The translations under genes were made by a program, and so were the position numbers. Under the pieces are notes generated by a model that was given only the letters and a program-made list of their open reading frames with translations, did not search any database and was not told the DNA's origin. Below, piece after piece: positions 9,388-20,466 of a DNA stretch of 64,000 nucleotides (its first letter is position 1; each line of letters opens with the position of its first letter). This stretch comes from Planctomycetota bacterium (GTDB lineage: Bacteria; Planctomycetota; UBA11346). The stretch lies in contig BJHQ01000003.1 of assembly GCA_014193115.1 (NCBI GenBank), positions 2,768 to 66,767 on the forward strand, read 5' to 3'.

Positions 9388-10092
9388 GTGGCGAGCATGC
9401 CGCCAGCCCGTCACGCGACGCCAGCCCGTCACGCGACATTAGCCCTGCACGTGTCATCAGTCGTGCGGCTGTTCACGCTGGTGCTGGCAGTGATCGCCTG
9501 GCCACTCGTCGCCGCCGAGGAGGACAGCGCCAAGCTGTTCCGCACCGGCGTCGATGCGTTCTACGCCGCCAAGCCGGCCGAATCGGTCGCGGCCTTCGAT
9601 CGGCTGATCGGGCTCAGGCCCGAACTTGCGCCACAGCTCTGGCAACGCGGATTATCGCTGTATTACACCGAAGATTTCATCGGCGGGCGGAAGCAGTTCG
9701 AGATTTACCAAGGGGCCAACCCGCAGGATGTCGAGAACGCCGCCTGGCACTTCGCCTGCACCGCGCGCGCGTCCGGCGTCGAGGCAGCCCGCGCCGCGCT
9801 CATTCCGATCGCTGGCGATCGGCGGGTACCGATGGCCGAAATCCATGCGGTCTACGCTGGAACCGGAAGCATCGAAGCCGTGCTTGCCGCCGCAGAACGC
9901 GCCGGCGATGACGCGACTCGGCGCAACCAGCGGTGCTACGCCCATCTCTACCTGGGGCTGCTCGATGAGGTCAGCGGACGCACCGGGTCAGCGCGCGACC
10001 ATCTGCGCAAGGCGGCGATCGACTACCGCATGGAGCACTACATGGGCGTGGTCGCGCAGGTCCATGTCCGGCTGCGCGGCTGGGGCGACTGA
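9388..10092 (+). CDS. NlpI-like TPR protein (start uncertain, possibly ~9451-9463)
   Basis: Signal-like hydrophobic stretch; LWQRGLSLYY, NPQDVENAAWHF and YAHLYLGL. Confidence 0.7.
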   Translation: MASMPPARHATPARHATLALHVSSVVRLFTLVLAVIAWPLVAAEEDSAKLFRTGVDAFYAAKPAESVAAFDRLIGLRPELAPQLWQRGLSLYYTEDFIGGRKQFEIYQGANPQDVENAAWHFACTARASGVEAARAALIPIAGDRRVPMAEIHAVYAGTGSIEAVLAAAERAGDDATRRNQRCYAHLYLGLLDEVSGRTGSARDHLRKAAIDYRMEHYMGVVAQVHVRLRGWGD

Positions 10093-10094
10093 GC

Positions 10095-10172
10095 CGCGCG
10101 TTTCGGAGCGGCGATGCCCTCATCGCCGGAACGACGCAGGTAGCGTTGGCAGCCAGGCCAAACCGTGGCCAC
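10095..10172. repeat. REP/MITE-like element, family A (inverted copy)
   Basis: Its reverse complement aligns without gaps to 9278-9355. Confidence 0.75.
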
Positions 10173-10192
10173 AGGTTATCCTTCGCTGCCGT

Positions 10193-10711
10193 TTAGCGCC
10201 GCGCAGCCGGAACGGGTTCCGCCGTCGCTGGCGCCGGGGAAGCCGTGTCGGCCTCGACGCGGTCGGACCCTTCTGCCAGGCAATCGACGCCGCTGCACCC
10301 CGCCGCCGAGAACACCGCGGCGATCCGCTCCGCGGCCGCACGGTCGGGAGTGGTGACCGTGACCGAGAGCAGCTCCTCAGTCGTCGGCGGAGTGGACGCC
10401 GCCGCCAAGGCGGCCAGCGCCCGACCACCAAGGAAGGCGCCAGCCACGGCGAACAGGAGGGCTCCAGCGGCCGGCAACCCAGTGGGAATGCTGACCAGCA
10501 GGTAGAGGCCGGCCCCGACGAAGGCGCCGAGGACGACACCGCGCAGCGCCCCGCGGGAGCCCGGGCTGGAGCCGTGTTCATGGAGCAGATCGACCACCGG
10601 TTCCGTGCCGTGGCCGACGTCGTAGTCGTGATGGCTGGCATGGAGAGCGGCGACGACCGCGTTGCATTGCTCGCTGCCATGGGCGTATGCGGAAACCCGG
10701 TAGATCATCAT
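10193..10711 (-). CDS. hypothetical membrane protein (glycine-zipper-like)
   Basis: GALRGVVLGAFVGAG TM hairpin; preceded by a sigma54 motif. Confidence 0.6.
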   Translation of the reverse strand: MMIYRVSAYAHGSEQCNAVVAALHASHHDYDVGHGTEPVVDLLHEHGSSPGSRGALRGVVLGAFVGAGLYLLVSIPTGLPAAGALLFAVAGAFLGGRALAALAAASTPPTTEELLSVTVTTPDRAAAERIAAVFSAAGCSGVDCLAEGSDRVEADTASPAPATAEPVPAARR

Positions 10712-10722
10712 CGGCTATGGCG

Positions 10723-10738
10723 AGCTGGATCCATGCCA
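10723..10738 (-). promoter_or_regulatory. putative sigma54 -24/-12 promoter
   Basis: TGGCATGGATCCAGCT (GG-N10-GC). It is very close to the annotated start, so the real start may be downstream. Confidence 0.5.
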
Positions 10739-10879
10739 ATGGCGCGAAGGGCCGTGGAACAGGCTCTGCCCGGGCTTTCCCACCGGACCAGGCTGCGGCA
10801 CCACCAGCACGGCGCAGGGCCGTCCGGGCGGGTTTACTGCGGAATGCACGGAAAAAGCAAGGAATCCTCGGCCGGCGCT

Positions 10880-10895
10880 TGGCATGAGGTTTGCA
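10880..10895 (+). promoter_or_regulatory. sigma54 -24/-12 promoter
   Basis: TGGCATGAGGTTTGCA matches TGGCAC-N5-TTGCW and lies 38 nt before the BON gene. Confidence 0.75.
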
Positions 10896-10933
10896 CCTGG
10901 TGGACGGCAAACCACCAACGATCCCAGGATCCT

Positions 10934-11854
10934 ATGAAACGCTCCCTGCCCATCTCCTCCACCCTCGCCGCACTTGCCGTGCTGGTCTTCGCCGGTTCCG
11001 GCTGCGACGGACGGCACACCGCCGATGCCTATCCCGACCGCTCCACCGAGAGCCGCAATCGCGCCGACTCCATCCGCAGCGAAGGCGATCAACGGAAGAT
11101 CGCCGTCGAACGCGAACGGCAGGAGAAAACCGCCGCCGAGCGCTTCCGCGCCACCCAGGTGCGGGACACCGCCCGCCGCGACCGCGAGGCTATCGAGCTC
11201 GCCCGCGACCAGAAGATCCAGCCGCTGACCGCCGACCACAAGGCCGCCATGGCCAAGGCCGACCAGGACCAGCGCTCCATCGTCGCCGCTTCGGACATCG
11301 AGCTGCGCAGCGCCGACGCCGCCCAAGCGGATCGTATCCGGGCCGAGACCACCGTGAAAAAGGCGGAATCGAGCAGCAAGTCCACCGAGGAGACCAGCGC
11401 GATCGCCCGCAGCATCGACCTGGTCGCGCTCAAGGCCCAGAACCAGCTCGCCGAGACCAACGCCAAGGAGCTCAAGTCCCTGGCCGAGATCGACCGGACC
11501 ATCGACCAGGTCGAGAACCAGGCGCGCCAGCGCAATCTCGACATCGACAAGGAGACCAGCGCCTCCCTCGACGCCTTGGGCAAGGAAAGCGGCAAACGGA
11601 TGGGCGCAGCCCGCGCCACCGATGAGAAAACCGAAGCCAACGACCGCAGGATTTTCAGCGCGGTGCGCAGCGGCCTGGATGAAGAGCCCAAGCGCAACGG
11701 CACCGTGACCATCGCGGTGAATTCGGGCGTGGTCACCCTCGACGGCACCGTTGCCACCATCGAAGACCGCCGCGCCGCGGTGCAGCGCGCGAGCACGGTG
11801 CAGGGCGCGGTGCGGATCGACGACCAGATCACGGTGGCGTCAGCCAAGCCCTGA
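10934..11854 (+). CDS. BON-domain lipoprotein with long coiled coil
   Basis: Lipobox GSGC; C-terminal BON domain VTIAVNSGVVTLDGTV...VQGAVRIDDQITV. Confidence 0.8.
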   Translation: MKRSLPISSTLAALAVLVFAGSGCDGRHTADAYPDRSTESRNRADSIRSEGDQRKIAVERERQEKTAAERFRATQVRDTARRDREAIELARDQKIQPLTADHKAAMAKADQDQRSIVAASDIELRSADAAQADRIRAETTVKKAESSSKSTEETSAIARSIDLVALKAQNQLAETNAKELKSLAEIDRTIDQVENQARQRNLDIDKETSASLDALGKESGKRMGAARATDEKTEANDRRIFSAVRSGLDEEPKRNGTVTIAVNSGVVTLDGTVATIEDRRAAVQRASTVQGAVRIDDQITVASAKP

Positions 11855-11874
11855 TCCGCAGCGCAGCGACGCCA

Positions 11875-11918
11875 AACGACGACACCCCGGCAGGTTGCCT
11901 GCCGGGGTGTCATCGTTT
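11875..11918. terminator. hairpin terminator between convergent genes
   Basis: AACGACGACACCCCGGCAGG-TTG-CCTGCCGGGGTGTCATCGTT. Confidence 0.7.
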
Positions 11919-11965
11919 GGCGAACGCGAGGTGGAACGCAGGTCGCCGGTCAGCGCCCGGGCGGC

Positions 11966-12430
11966 CTACGGCCGCAGGACCTGGTGCCGTCCATCGATCC
12001 AGGTTTCGGCGTGGACGCAGATCACCCGCAACAGGGCAAGATGGGGATCGTCGGGGCCGTTGGGATACCAGGCGAGGTGCTCGTCCCGCCAGAACAGCCG
12101 GGTGCGCAGCGGATCCAGGACCAGGTCGGCGCAACCGGCGATGCTGACATAGGTGTCGGGCGCCAAGGTCGAGAAGCTGAGGTTCACCCAGGGATGATGG
12201 AGCAGATTGGCCACCCACGACAGCGAGCGGTCGGTGAAGAACCACAGGTCGCTCTGCTGGTCGATCTCTTGCAGCGCCATCGGCCGGCTGGAGAGCCGCC
12301 CGTACGACGCGGTGGTCGAGGTCAGCATCGCGATGCGCATGCCCTTGAGGGAGTCGATCAGCAGATGGTTCAAGGTGAGTGGTGCCGCCGCCGGAACCGG
12401 CGGTGGTGTGAATTGGGGGATGGTGGGCAT
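11966..12430 (-). CDS. general stress protein 26 / pyridoxamine 5'-phosphate oxidase-like protein
   Basis: AMLTS..GRLSSRPMALQ, LWFFT, YVSIAG and WYPNGPDDP. Confidence 0.85.
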   Translation of the reverse strand: MPTIPQFTPPPVPAAAPLTLNHLLIDSLKGMRIAMLTSTTASYGRLSSRPMALQEIDQQSDLWFFTDRSLSWVANLLHHPWVNLSFSTLAPDTYVSIAGCADLVLDPLRTRLFWRDEHLAWYPNGPDDPHLALLRVICVHAETWIDGRHQVLRP

Positions 12431-12534
12431 GGGATCCTTTCAAGGAGCTGCCCAGGTCACAGTGCCGGCCGTGCCAAGCAGCGGCCGCCCCCGGACGTGC
12501 CTTCCAGCGCTCCTCCTGCGCAGTCCGCAGCTGC

Positions 12535-13920
<1,386 letters not shown>

Positions 13921-14214
13921 AGGCGGGTTGGCGATCTGGTCGAAGGGGCGAGGGAGAACTGGTGACGGGATCCTTCGGGCATGGCACTTCGCGAAGCGGA
14001 GCAGGCCATGCAGAATCCAGGGGACGGCGGTCCGGAGCCGTGCAGGCTGCACGCTGTGTTTGGCGACCGCCGCCGGGTCTTTCCGGGCTGATCCTAGCAG
14101 CTGCCGGCCAGCCGGTACATAGAAAGCCTGCCGAAGCAGGGAATCGGAGGCGTTTTCATCCGAACCGGAACGGCAGGGGCACGCCCTGGCCGCGGGGCCG
14201 GTCGGGATCCGGGG

Positions 14215-14233
14215 TTGGCACGGGGATTGCCAA
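14215..14233. promoter_or_regulatory. sigma54 -24/-12 promoter (reads as GG-N10-GC on both strands)
   Basis: TTGGCACGGGGATTGCCAA. Confidence 0.7.
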
Positions 14234-14288
14234 GCCTTCTCCCAGATCCGCCACCCGGCGATCACAACCCACCAGTCCAGAGACCCAC

Positions 14289-14603
14289 ATGAGCACCCCC
14301 GAAAACATCCTCCTCGAACCCACTGATGGCAGCGCCACTGCCGCGTTCAGCACCAAGGCAGCGAAGGTCGCCCAGCTGGTCGAAGAACTGGTGACCGCCG
14401 CACCAGGCGCCGCCAAGGAGGAGATCGCGCACCTGGCCGAGATCGGCGGCAAGCTCGCCGCCATCGGCAAGGACAAGATCTGCGCCGCCGCCGCCCAGGC
14501 CACCGAGACCGTGAAGAAGCATCCTTATGCCTCCGCGGTTACCGCCGCCGCGGTCATCGGCGCCGGCCTGCTGGTGTGGTGGCTCATCAAGCGCAAAAGC
14601 TGA
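14289..14603 (+). CDS. DUF883/ElaB-like tail-anchored protein
   Basis: Helical body, then VKKHPYASAVTAAAVIGAGLLVWWL; GGAG RBS. Confidence 0.7.
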   Translation: MSTPENILLEPTDGSATAAFSTKAAKVAQLVEELVTAAPGAAKEEIAHLAEIGGKLAAIGKDKICAAAAQATETVKKHPYASAVTAAAVIGAGLLVWWLIKRKS

Positions 14604-14652
14604 TCCCCCGCTTTCTACTTTTCCGCCACCGGCACCAACGGACTGCTTTCCC

Positions 14653-15126
14653 ATGAAAACCATGCCAATCGCCGCTGCCGCCGCGGAGCAGGATCGCCAG
14701 ATCAAGCAATCGATTCGGGCGCTCAGAGCGCTGCAGCTCAGCGAGGCGCGGGCGGTGCTGGCCTATGAGCAGGCCATCGAACAGTCCGGGTTTGCAGCCC
14801 CGATGGGACTGCGCCAGGCAGCCCGGGCGCATCGCGCCCGGGCCAGGGCGTTGGCCGTAAGGATCCATGAGCTTGGGGGGAAAGCCCCGCAGGTCCGGGG
14901 GATGGGGGCCATCGTCGACCAGCTGCGGCTAGCGTGGACAGCGATCATCGGCAGGGACGCGGTGCTCAGCGGATTGCGGCGCAGCGAGGTTCGCCGGGTC
15001 GCGGAATACCGCCGTCGAATCCCCGAGCTCGATGGCGAATCTCAATGGTTGGTGCGGGAAGATTTGCTGGCGGAACAGGTCCGCACCCAGAACCAGATGC
15101 GCGACTTCATCTATGTGCCAGCCTGA
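14653..15126 (+). CDS. ferritin-like (DUF2383/PA2169-like) protein
   Basis: E..A...YEQAI, H...L..RIHELGG.A and L...E....EY. Confidence 0.55.
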   Translation: MKTMPIAAAAAEQDRQIKQSIRALRALQLSEARAVLAYEQAIEQSGFAAPMGLRQAARAHRARARALAVRIHELGGKAPQVRGMGAIVDQLRLAWTAIIGRDAVLSGLRRSEVRRVAEYRRRIPELDGESQWLVREDLLAEQVRTQNQMRDFIYVPA

Positions 15127-15161
15127 ACCGTCGCCCGAACGATCCTCCCAAGGAATACCCC

Positions 15162-15356
15162 ATGCGTCCTGTCCCGCTGTTCTTCATCGTCGCTTCGGTC
15201 GCCCTGGCCCTGGTCCTCGGTGTGGTCGTCTATCTGACCTTCTTCCAGGAAACGACGATCAAATCCGACTTGCGTGAACTGCGCAATGATGTGCGCGACG
15301 GTGTCCACGACGCTTATGACGCGACCAAGGATGCGGTGAAGGACGCGACGAAGTGA
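15162..15356 (+). CDS. small membrane protein
   Basis: AAGGA RBS, one TM helix and an amphipathic D/K-rich tail. Confidence 0.6.
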   Translation: MRPVPLFFIVASVALALVLGVVVYLTFFQETTIKSDLRELRNDVRDGVHDAYDATKDAVKDATK

Positions 15357-15364
15357 CCTCCGCC

Positions 15365-15486
15365 GCCAGCGGCGTTGCGAGCGCCAGCGGCGTTGCGAGC
15401 GCCAGCGGCGTAGCGAGCGCCAGCGGCGTTGCGGTCGCCAGCGGCGTTGCGGTCGCCAGCGGCGTTGCGGTCGCCAGCGGCGTTGC
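15365..15486. repeat. 18-bp tandem repeat x~6.8
   Basis: Unit GCCAGCGGCGTTGCG(AG/GT)C; intergenic. Confidence 0.9.
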
Positions 15487-15727
15487 CGGCGGTTGGGCAT
15501 GCGCCAGGCAACGCCGATCCGCTGTCCTCATGCGCTGGTGATTCGGCGGGCGTCGCCAAGTACCCTTGGGAGACGAGGGAGGCTGTTTGTTCGGGGCGGC
15601 GCGCCACCCTTTCCCCCAGGCTGCTTGTCCGACAGCCGTGCTCACCCACGGCTCGCCATGGGCTGCGCATCCGCCGCGGATGGCGCGGCCCCGGCTTTGA
15701 TCTTTCCCGTCTCACCCAGGTCCCACA

Positions 15728-16735
15728 GTGGTTCCAGTGGATATAGACCGCGTTTTCGCTGCCTCTCCGATCGCCCAGGCCCTGCTCGACGAGACCTGGC
15801 GGGTGGTCCGCGCCAATGCCGCATGGCAAGCGCACTTCGGTCCGGCCGCGACCGGCGTCGCCTGGCTCGACCTGGTCCATCCCGACGACCTGGCTCGGGA
15901 CCTGGCCCTCGCTGGCCGGCTGCAGAGCGGTGAAATACCTGATTTTTCTTCGGTATCGCGCCTGCTCGACGGGAACGGGCAATGGCGTTCCCAGACCATC
16001 GCGGTGACCGCGATCAGCGCCACCTGCGTGCTCGTCACCGCCTCTGATGCGGTCCCTCCGACGGTCGCCCCCGCGACGCCCTCTGAGGATTCCAGGACGG
16101 TCGCTGCGGCCTTGGCCCATGACGTCAAGCAGCATGCCCGCCTGGCGAATGTCTATTTGTCGATGCTCCTGCGGACCACGCTCGACGATCGGCAGCGCAG
16201 CCAGCTGGTCGTGGCCTCGGCCCATACCGAGCGGCTTCATGAGGTCCTCGGTCTGCTCGCGCGGTGGCTGCGGCTGACCGAGGACCCCATAGGCATCAGC
16301 AGCTGTCCCCTAACGGAGGTGTGGCAGGAAGCGCTGCGTCATCTGCCGGCCGACGTCGGCGAGCGCCTTGATGCCGGCAGCGATCAGCATCTGCCGACCA
16401 TCCAAGCCGACCGCTGGCTGCTCGCTGAGCTGCTCCGCGGTCTGGTGATCAATGCCGTCCGCTACCATCCCGGACGGGCCCGGGTCCACCTGGCGGCGGT
16501 CCGCGAAGGCGACGGCTGGGACCTTGTGGTCTCTGACGATGGCCCGGGCATACCGCCCGCGGACCGGCAACGGGTGGTGCAGCCCATGCAGCGGCTGCAC
16601 ACCTGGGAGCAGGTCCCCGGCCATGGGATGGGCCTGGCCCTGGCCCAGCGTATCGCGGCTGTCCATGGCGGCTCGCTGGACATCGGCGCTGCCCCGGGCG
16701 GGGGTTGCAGCGTGCATGTGCATCTGCCCGGCTGA
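15728..16735 (+). CDS. PAS-domain sensor histidine kinase
   Basis: LVHPDD PAS motif, H-box ALAHD, NAVRY, DDGPGI and GMGLA. Confidence 0.85.
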   Translation: MVPVDIDRVFAASPIAQALLDETWRVVRANAAWQAHFGPAATGVAWLDLVHPDDLARDLALAGRLQSGEIPDFSSVSRLLDGNGQWRSQTIAVTAISATCVLVTASDAVPPTVAPATPSEDSRTVAAALAHDVKQHARLANVYLSMLLRTTLDDRQRSQLVVASAHTERLHEVLGLLARWLRLTEDPIGISSCPLTEVWQEALRHLPADVGERLDAGSDQHLPTIQADRWLLAELLRGLVINAVRYHPGRARVHLAAVREGDGWDLVVSDDGPGIPPADRQRVVQPMQRLHTWEQVPGHGMGLALAQRIAAVHGGSLDIGAAPGGGCSVHVHLPG

Positions 16736-16803
16736 TCCTGCAAGGTGCAGGAGCGCGACTGTCGCGTCACCGACGAAAAGCGAGGATTTTTCATAAGATA
16801 ACT

Positions 16804-16819
16804 TGGCACAGCCGGCGCT
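16804..16819 (+). promoter_or_regulatory. putative sigma54 promoter
   Basis: TGGCACAGCCGGCGCT (GG-N10-GC) preceded by an AT-rich tract. Confidence 0.5.
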
Positions 16820-16889
16820 ATCCGTCCCTTGAGCGGTCGTGCCGGATCCAACCCCATGCCGGGTCGGGCCGGCCGGGAGGGCTCGGCGC

Positions 16890-17546
16890 ATGTCCCGTTC
16901 CCACTCCGCCGCAGAGGCGATCACCGCCGACTCGCTGCTCGCCACTTTTACCGCCGGCACCTTTACCGCCGAACAGGCCCGGACTCATGCCGCCACCGCC
17001 CGCCTGGTCGTGCGCCGCGCGGTCGATGGCTTGGTCTTGCCCAACGATCCGACAGAACGCGAGCGGTTGGGCCGGGTTGTCGGCCATCTGGAAGCCTGCG
17101 ACGGACATCGGGCGCTGGCCGTGATGGAAGAGCCCCAGGACGGTTACGGCGGCCCATTCGCCCGGCTGTACAGCTGGATCGCCGGCGTGCTGGTGGTGCC
17201 GGCCCTGACCGCTGCGGCCTGCGTGATCGCTGGCGGCACCAGGCTGCTGCAAGGCATCCGCCAGCTCGTCCGCTTGGCGTTGACCAGCCTGCCCACGGCG
17301 GAGTACTCGGCGCGCTGGCTGCTGCCCGCCGAACCCGTGGATGAAACCGCGGCCTATGTCGCATCCATCATCCTCCATGCCCGGTCGGCGCTGCTCTATC
17401 GGCCCTGGGTGTGGGACGGTCTGCCGCCCCAGGGGCGGTTCCTGCTGATCGGCCAAGGCCGCGCTCAAGACGCCAAGGCCAGGCACCCGCGCTGCGATGG
17501 CGCCCACGATTTTTCCGACCTCGTTCCGCGGCTCGCCTCCGGCTGA
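16890..17546 (+). CDS. hypothetical protein
   Basis: GGAGG RBS and coding-like codon usage; one hydrophobic segment. Confidence 0.55.
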   Translation: MSRSHSAAEAITADSLLATFTAGTFTAEQARTHAATARLVVRRAVDGLVLPNDPTERERLGRVVGHLEACDGHRALAVMEEPQDGYGGPFARLYSWIAGVLVVPALTAAACVIAGGTRLLQGIRQLVRLALTSLPTAEYSARWLLPAEPVDETAAYVASIILHARSALLYRPWVWDGLPPQGRFLLIGQGRAQDAKARHPRCDGAHDFSDLVPRLASG

Positions 17547-17604
17547 GGTCAGAAATGGTCGCGGCATCCGCGGCGACCGGTCACCCACACCCCCAAAGGC
17601 TCCC

Positions 17605-17778
17605 ATGCTCTATTGGTCCGCAACCTTCCTGATCATCGCCGTCATCGCGGCGATCTTCGGCTTCGGCGGTGTCGCCGCCGGCGCCACATCGATCGCCAAA
17701 ATCCTGTTCTTCATCTTCCTGGTCCTTTTCGCGATCGCGCTGATCCGGGGCCTGGCCGGGCGGGGACGTGATGCCTGA
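17605..17778 (+). CDS. DUF1328 (UPF0391) small membrane protein
   Basis: [42 protein letters not shown]. Confidence 0.92.
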   Translation: MLYWSATFLIIAVIAAIFGFGGVAAGATSIAKILFFIFLVLFAIALIRGLAGRGRDA

Positions 17779-18043
17779 TATCGCACCCTCCAAGCCGCTG
17801 AGCGCCGCCGTACCTCACGACGGTGCGGCGCCGCCGCCGACGGCAGACGCCCTGATCTCCACCGCCATCGAGCTGGTGGCGGTATATGCCGCTGACGTGG
17901 TTCGGGAACGACTAGCGAAGCTGGCCCACCGTCCAGCACCGCCACCCGACCAGGATCCCCAGCGGGAAGGCATCATGCCCGCCCTGCTGATCGCCGGAGC
18001 AGTCGTCCTGGCCATCGTCTTTTTCACCAGCGAAGACGACTAG
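17771..18043 (+). CDS. hypothetical tail-anchored protein
   Basis: Overlaps the DUF1328 stop; C-terminal TM helix. Confidence 0.55.
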   Translation: MPDIAPSKPLSAAVPHDGAAPPPTADALISTAIELVAVYAADVVRERLAKLAHRPAPPPDQDPQREGIMPALLIAGAVVLAIVFFTSEDD

Positions 18044-18045
18044 CA

Positions 18046-18206
18046 GGGATCGCGGGCGACCCGCCCGCAGGATGTGAGGCCCGGGAGCGCGGGCGTCCCG
18101 CCCGCTGTCATGCGGACCCCGGGCGGCAGGGACGGCCGCGGTCCCGGGGGAGCCGCTGGGGTTGTGGCCACAGCCAGGCGGCCGGGAGCGCCGGCGTCCC
18201 GCCCGC
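18046..18206. repeat. REP cluster, family B (GGGAGCGCGGGCGTCCCGCCCGC)
   Basis: Three direct copies and one degenerate inverted copy between convergent genes. Confidence 0.7.
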
Positions 18207-18229
18207 AGGGTTTCAGTTCTGTTCCCGGA

Positions 18230-18643
18230 TCAGTTCCGGTTGATCAGCCAGCGGTCGCGGAGGTGGCGCGCCAGGTCGAGCAAACCGGCGAAGTCCGCCG
18301 GTTTGACCAGGTAGTCATCGGCTCCCGCATCGAGGCAGCGCTGGCGGTCGACCGGATGATTCGAAGTGGAATACAGCACGACCGCTTGTCCGGCCCAGGC
18401 TGGCAGGGTGCGTAGGCGAAACAGCACGGCGATGCCCGACACCCGCGGCAAATTAAGATCGAGCATCACCAACTGCGGCCGTTTGCCGCCAACCGCCAGC
18501 CGCTCCAGGCCGGCCACGGCCCGATCGCCGTCCTGGAACACGGTGACCTCGACGGCGAAGCTGATCTCATCAAAGGCGGTCATGAGCAGATCGACGTCGG
18601 ACGGCGAGTCTTCGACCAGAAGAAGCGAGGCGGGCGAAGCCAT
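18230..18643 (-). CDS. single-domain response regulator (Rcp1-like)
   Basis: LLVEDSPSD, MLDLNLPRVSG, YSTS and YLVKP. Confidence 0.9.
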   Translation of the reverse strand: MASPASLLLVEDSPSDVDLLMTAFDEISFAVEVTVFQDGDRAVAGLERLAVGGKRPQLVMLDLNLPRVSGIAVLFRLRTLPAWAGQAVVLYSTSNHPVDRQRCLDAGADDYLVKPADFAGLLDLARHLRDRWLINRN

Positions 18644-18891
18644 GATCTTGGAGTATGGCAAGGGAATCGGCCGGAGCCAACCTTCTTTCCTTTCCCTGCG
18701 GAATGCAGTCCCAGGCATGGGGACGAACGCGCTAACGATTCAAACCACACGGAAAAACAGGCAAAAATCCGGATTCGTCGATTGCCGCGAACGCGGCGGC
18801 CGGTACCCTGAACCGCGATGCAGGCGCAGCGGCTTTTCAACATCCCCATTGGGATCTGCCGAAGGCGCCAGCCATCCAGAACGGAGCGACC

Positions 18892-20430
18892 ATGAAAATC
18901 CGCACCCGCGTCCTTGCCAAGGGCCTGTTCGGCGCGGTGGTCCTCGTGCTCGCCATCCTGCAATTCATCCAGATCGCCCAGGGGCTGAACCGGGTCGAGC
19001 AAGCTCACGAGAGCGCCAACCGGATCATCTTCACCACCGGCCAGGTCGAGGCATTGATCTTTGACACCCTGCTGTCAGGTCGGGAGTCACGACAGCAATT
19101 CGCCGAAAAAACCGCCACCCTCGCCAAGCTGGTCGATACCGTCCGCCACCACGATGACACCCCGCACCTGACGGCGATTGCCAAAGAACACCAAAATCTG
19201 AAGGCGTATTTAGAGGCGATCGGAAATCTGAGCGACCTTCCCAACCAACCCATGCCGCAGTTCGTCCGCACGCTTGCCGAAGGGATCATCGCCAGCTCGC
19301 AGGCGTTGGCTGATCAGGCCCAGCAATGGCAACTGGTGGTGGATCGCGAGCGCCAGGATCTGCTCCGCCAGGCGTTCATCAGCTGCCTGATCCTGATCGC
19401 GCTGGTCCTGTTCACGCTGATCGTGGCGATGTGGACCATGCTGACCTGCGTGATCAAGCCGATCGAACGGCTGCGCCTTGGCGTCGCCGCCATCGCCCGA
19501 GGCGAGTTCACCTATCGGGTGGCCGAGCCACGGGCCGACCACGAGGTCGGACAGCTGGCCGCCGGTTTCAACCAGATGGCAGCTGCGCTGGAAAAGATGG
19601 AGGAACACCGCAGCCAGGTGGTGGCCTTGGAGCGCAGCAACCTGGGCCTGGAGCGGTTCGCGGCGCTGGCCTCGCACGATCTCCAGGCGCCGCTGCGGAC
19701 CATCACCAATTACGCCGATTTGCTGGTCAGGCGCAATCGCGACAGCCTCGACCTGCGCTCGCTCGGGCACCTTGAGCAGATCTCCGCGGCGGCCTTGCGG
19801 ATGCGCGAACTGACTGATGGCTTGCTCGCTTTTTCGCGAGCAGGCGAGATCGATAAAAGCCACGATATAGCGGTCTCGGTGGGGGCGGCGGTGAAACAGG
19901 CCATGGCCAATCTCGCCCATCAGATCGAAGAAGCCGACGCCCAGATCGAGATCGGACCGCTGCCGGTGGTCCACTTCGATCCGATCCAGCTGGAACAAAT
20001 CCAACAGAATCTCATCGGCAATGCGCTCAAATATCGCAAGCTCGGCCATGCGCCGCGCCTGCGCGTGGCCTTGGCCGAACCGCAGTCAGAGGAGCAGCCC
20101 GAAGGGTTCTGCACGATCTGCGTCAGCGACGACGGCCCCGGGATCGATCCCTCCCATCACGAACGGATCTTCGGCTTGTTCCAGCGGATCGACGGCGGTC
20201 CGGCCAGTGGCAACGGCATCGGCCTGGCCCTGTGCCGGATGATGATCGCCTCGCGAGGCGGGCGGATCTGGGTGACGTCGCAGGTCGGAAGCGGTTCTCA
20301 GTTCCTGTTCACCCTGCCGCTCGAAGCGGCCCATCGCCAGCCGACGGCCGGACACGGATCCGGTCGCAGCCATCAGGTCGTAGGCAACGAGGAAAAGACC
20401 AAGGAAGCGACGCGCGCGTCGCCGGTGTAG
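18892..20430 (+). CDS. membrane HAMP sensor histidine kinase
   Basis: Two TM helices, HAMP EVGQLAAGFNQM, ASHDLQAPL, NLIGNALKY and GIGLA. Confidence 0.92.
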   Translation: MKIRTRVLAKGLFGAVVLVLAILQFIQIAQGLNRVEQAHESANRIIFTTGQVEALIFDTLLSGRESRQQFAEKTATLAKLVDTVRHHDDTPHLTAIAKEHQNLKAYLEAIGNLSDLPNQPMPQFVRTLAEGIIASSQALADQAQQWQLVVDRERQDLLRQAFISCLILIALVLFTLIVAMWTMLTCVIKPIERLRLGVAAIARGEFTYRVAEPRADHEVGQLAAGFNQMAAALEKMEEHRSQVVALERSNLGLERFAALASHDLQAPLRTITNYADLLVRRNRDSLDLRSLGHLEQISAAALRMRELTDGLLAFSRAGEIDKSHDIAVSVGAAVKQAMANLAHQIEEADAQIEIGPLPVVHFDPIQLEQIQQNLIGNALKYRKLGHAPRLRVALAEPQSEEQPEGFCTICVSDDGPGIDPSHHERIFGLFQRIDGGPASGNGIGLALCRMMIASRGGRIWVTSQVGSGSQFLFTLPLEAAHRQPTAGHGSGRSHQVVGNEEKTKEATRASPV

Positions 20431-20466
20431 ACGATCAGTACGACGGAGAGGGCACAAAAAGGAGCC

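Noticed and set aside
9626..10933. N-terminal part of the 742-aa ORF
   Set aside because: It overlaps other genes; the real start is 10934 (lipobox, RBS, sigma54 motif).
15365..15486. CRISPR array or repeat-peptide gene (TPLALA/SGVAVA)
   Set aside because: It is a pure 18-bp tandem repeat; the ORFs across it are by-products of the repeat.
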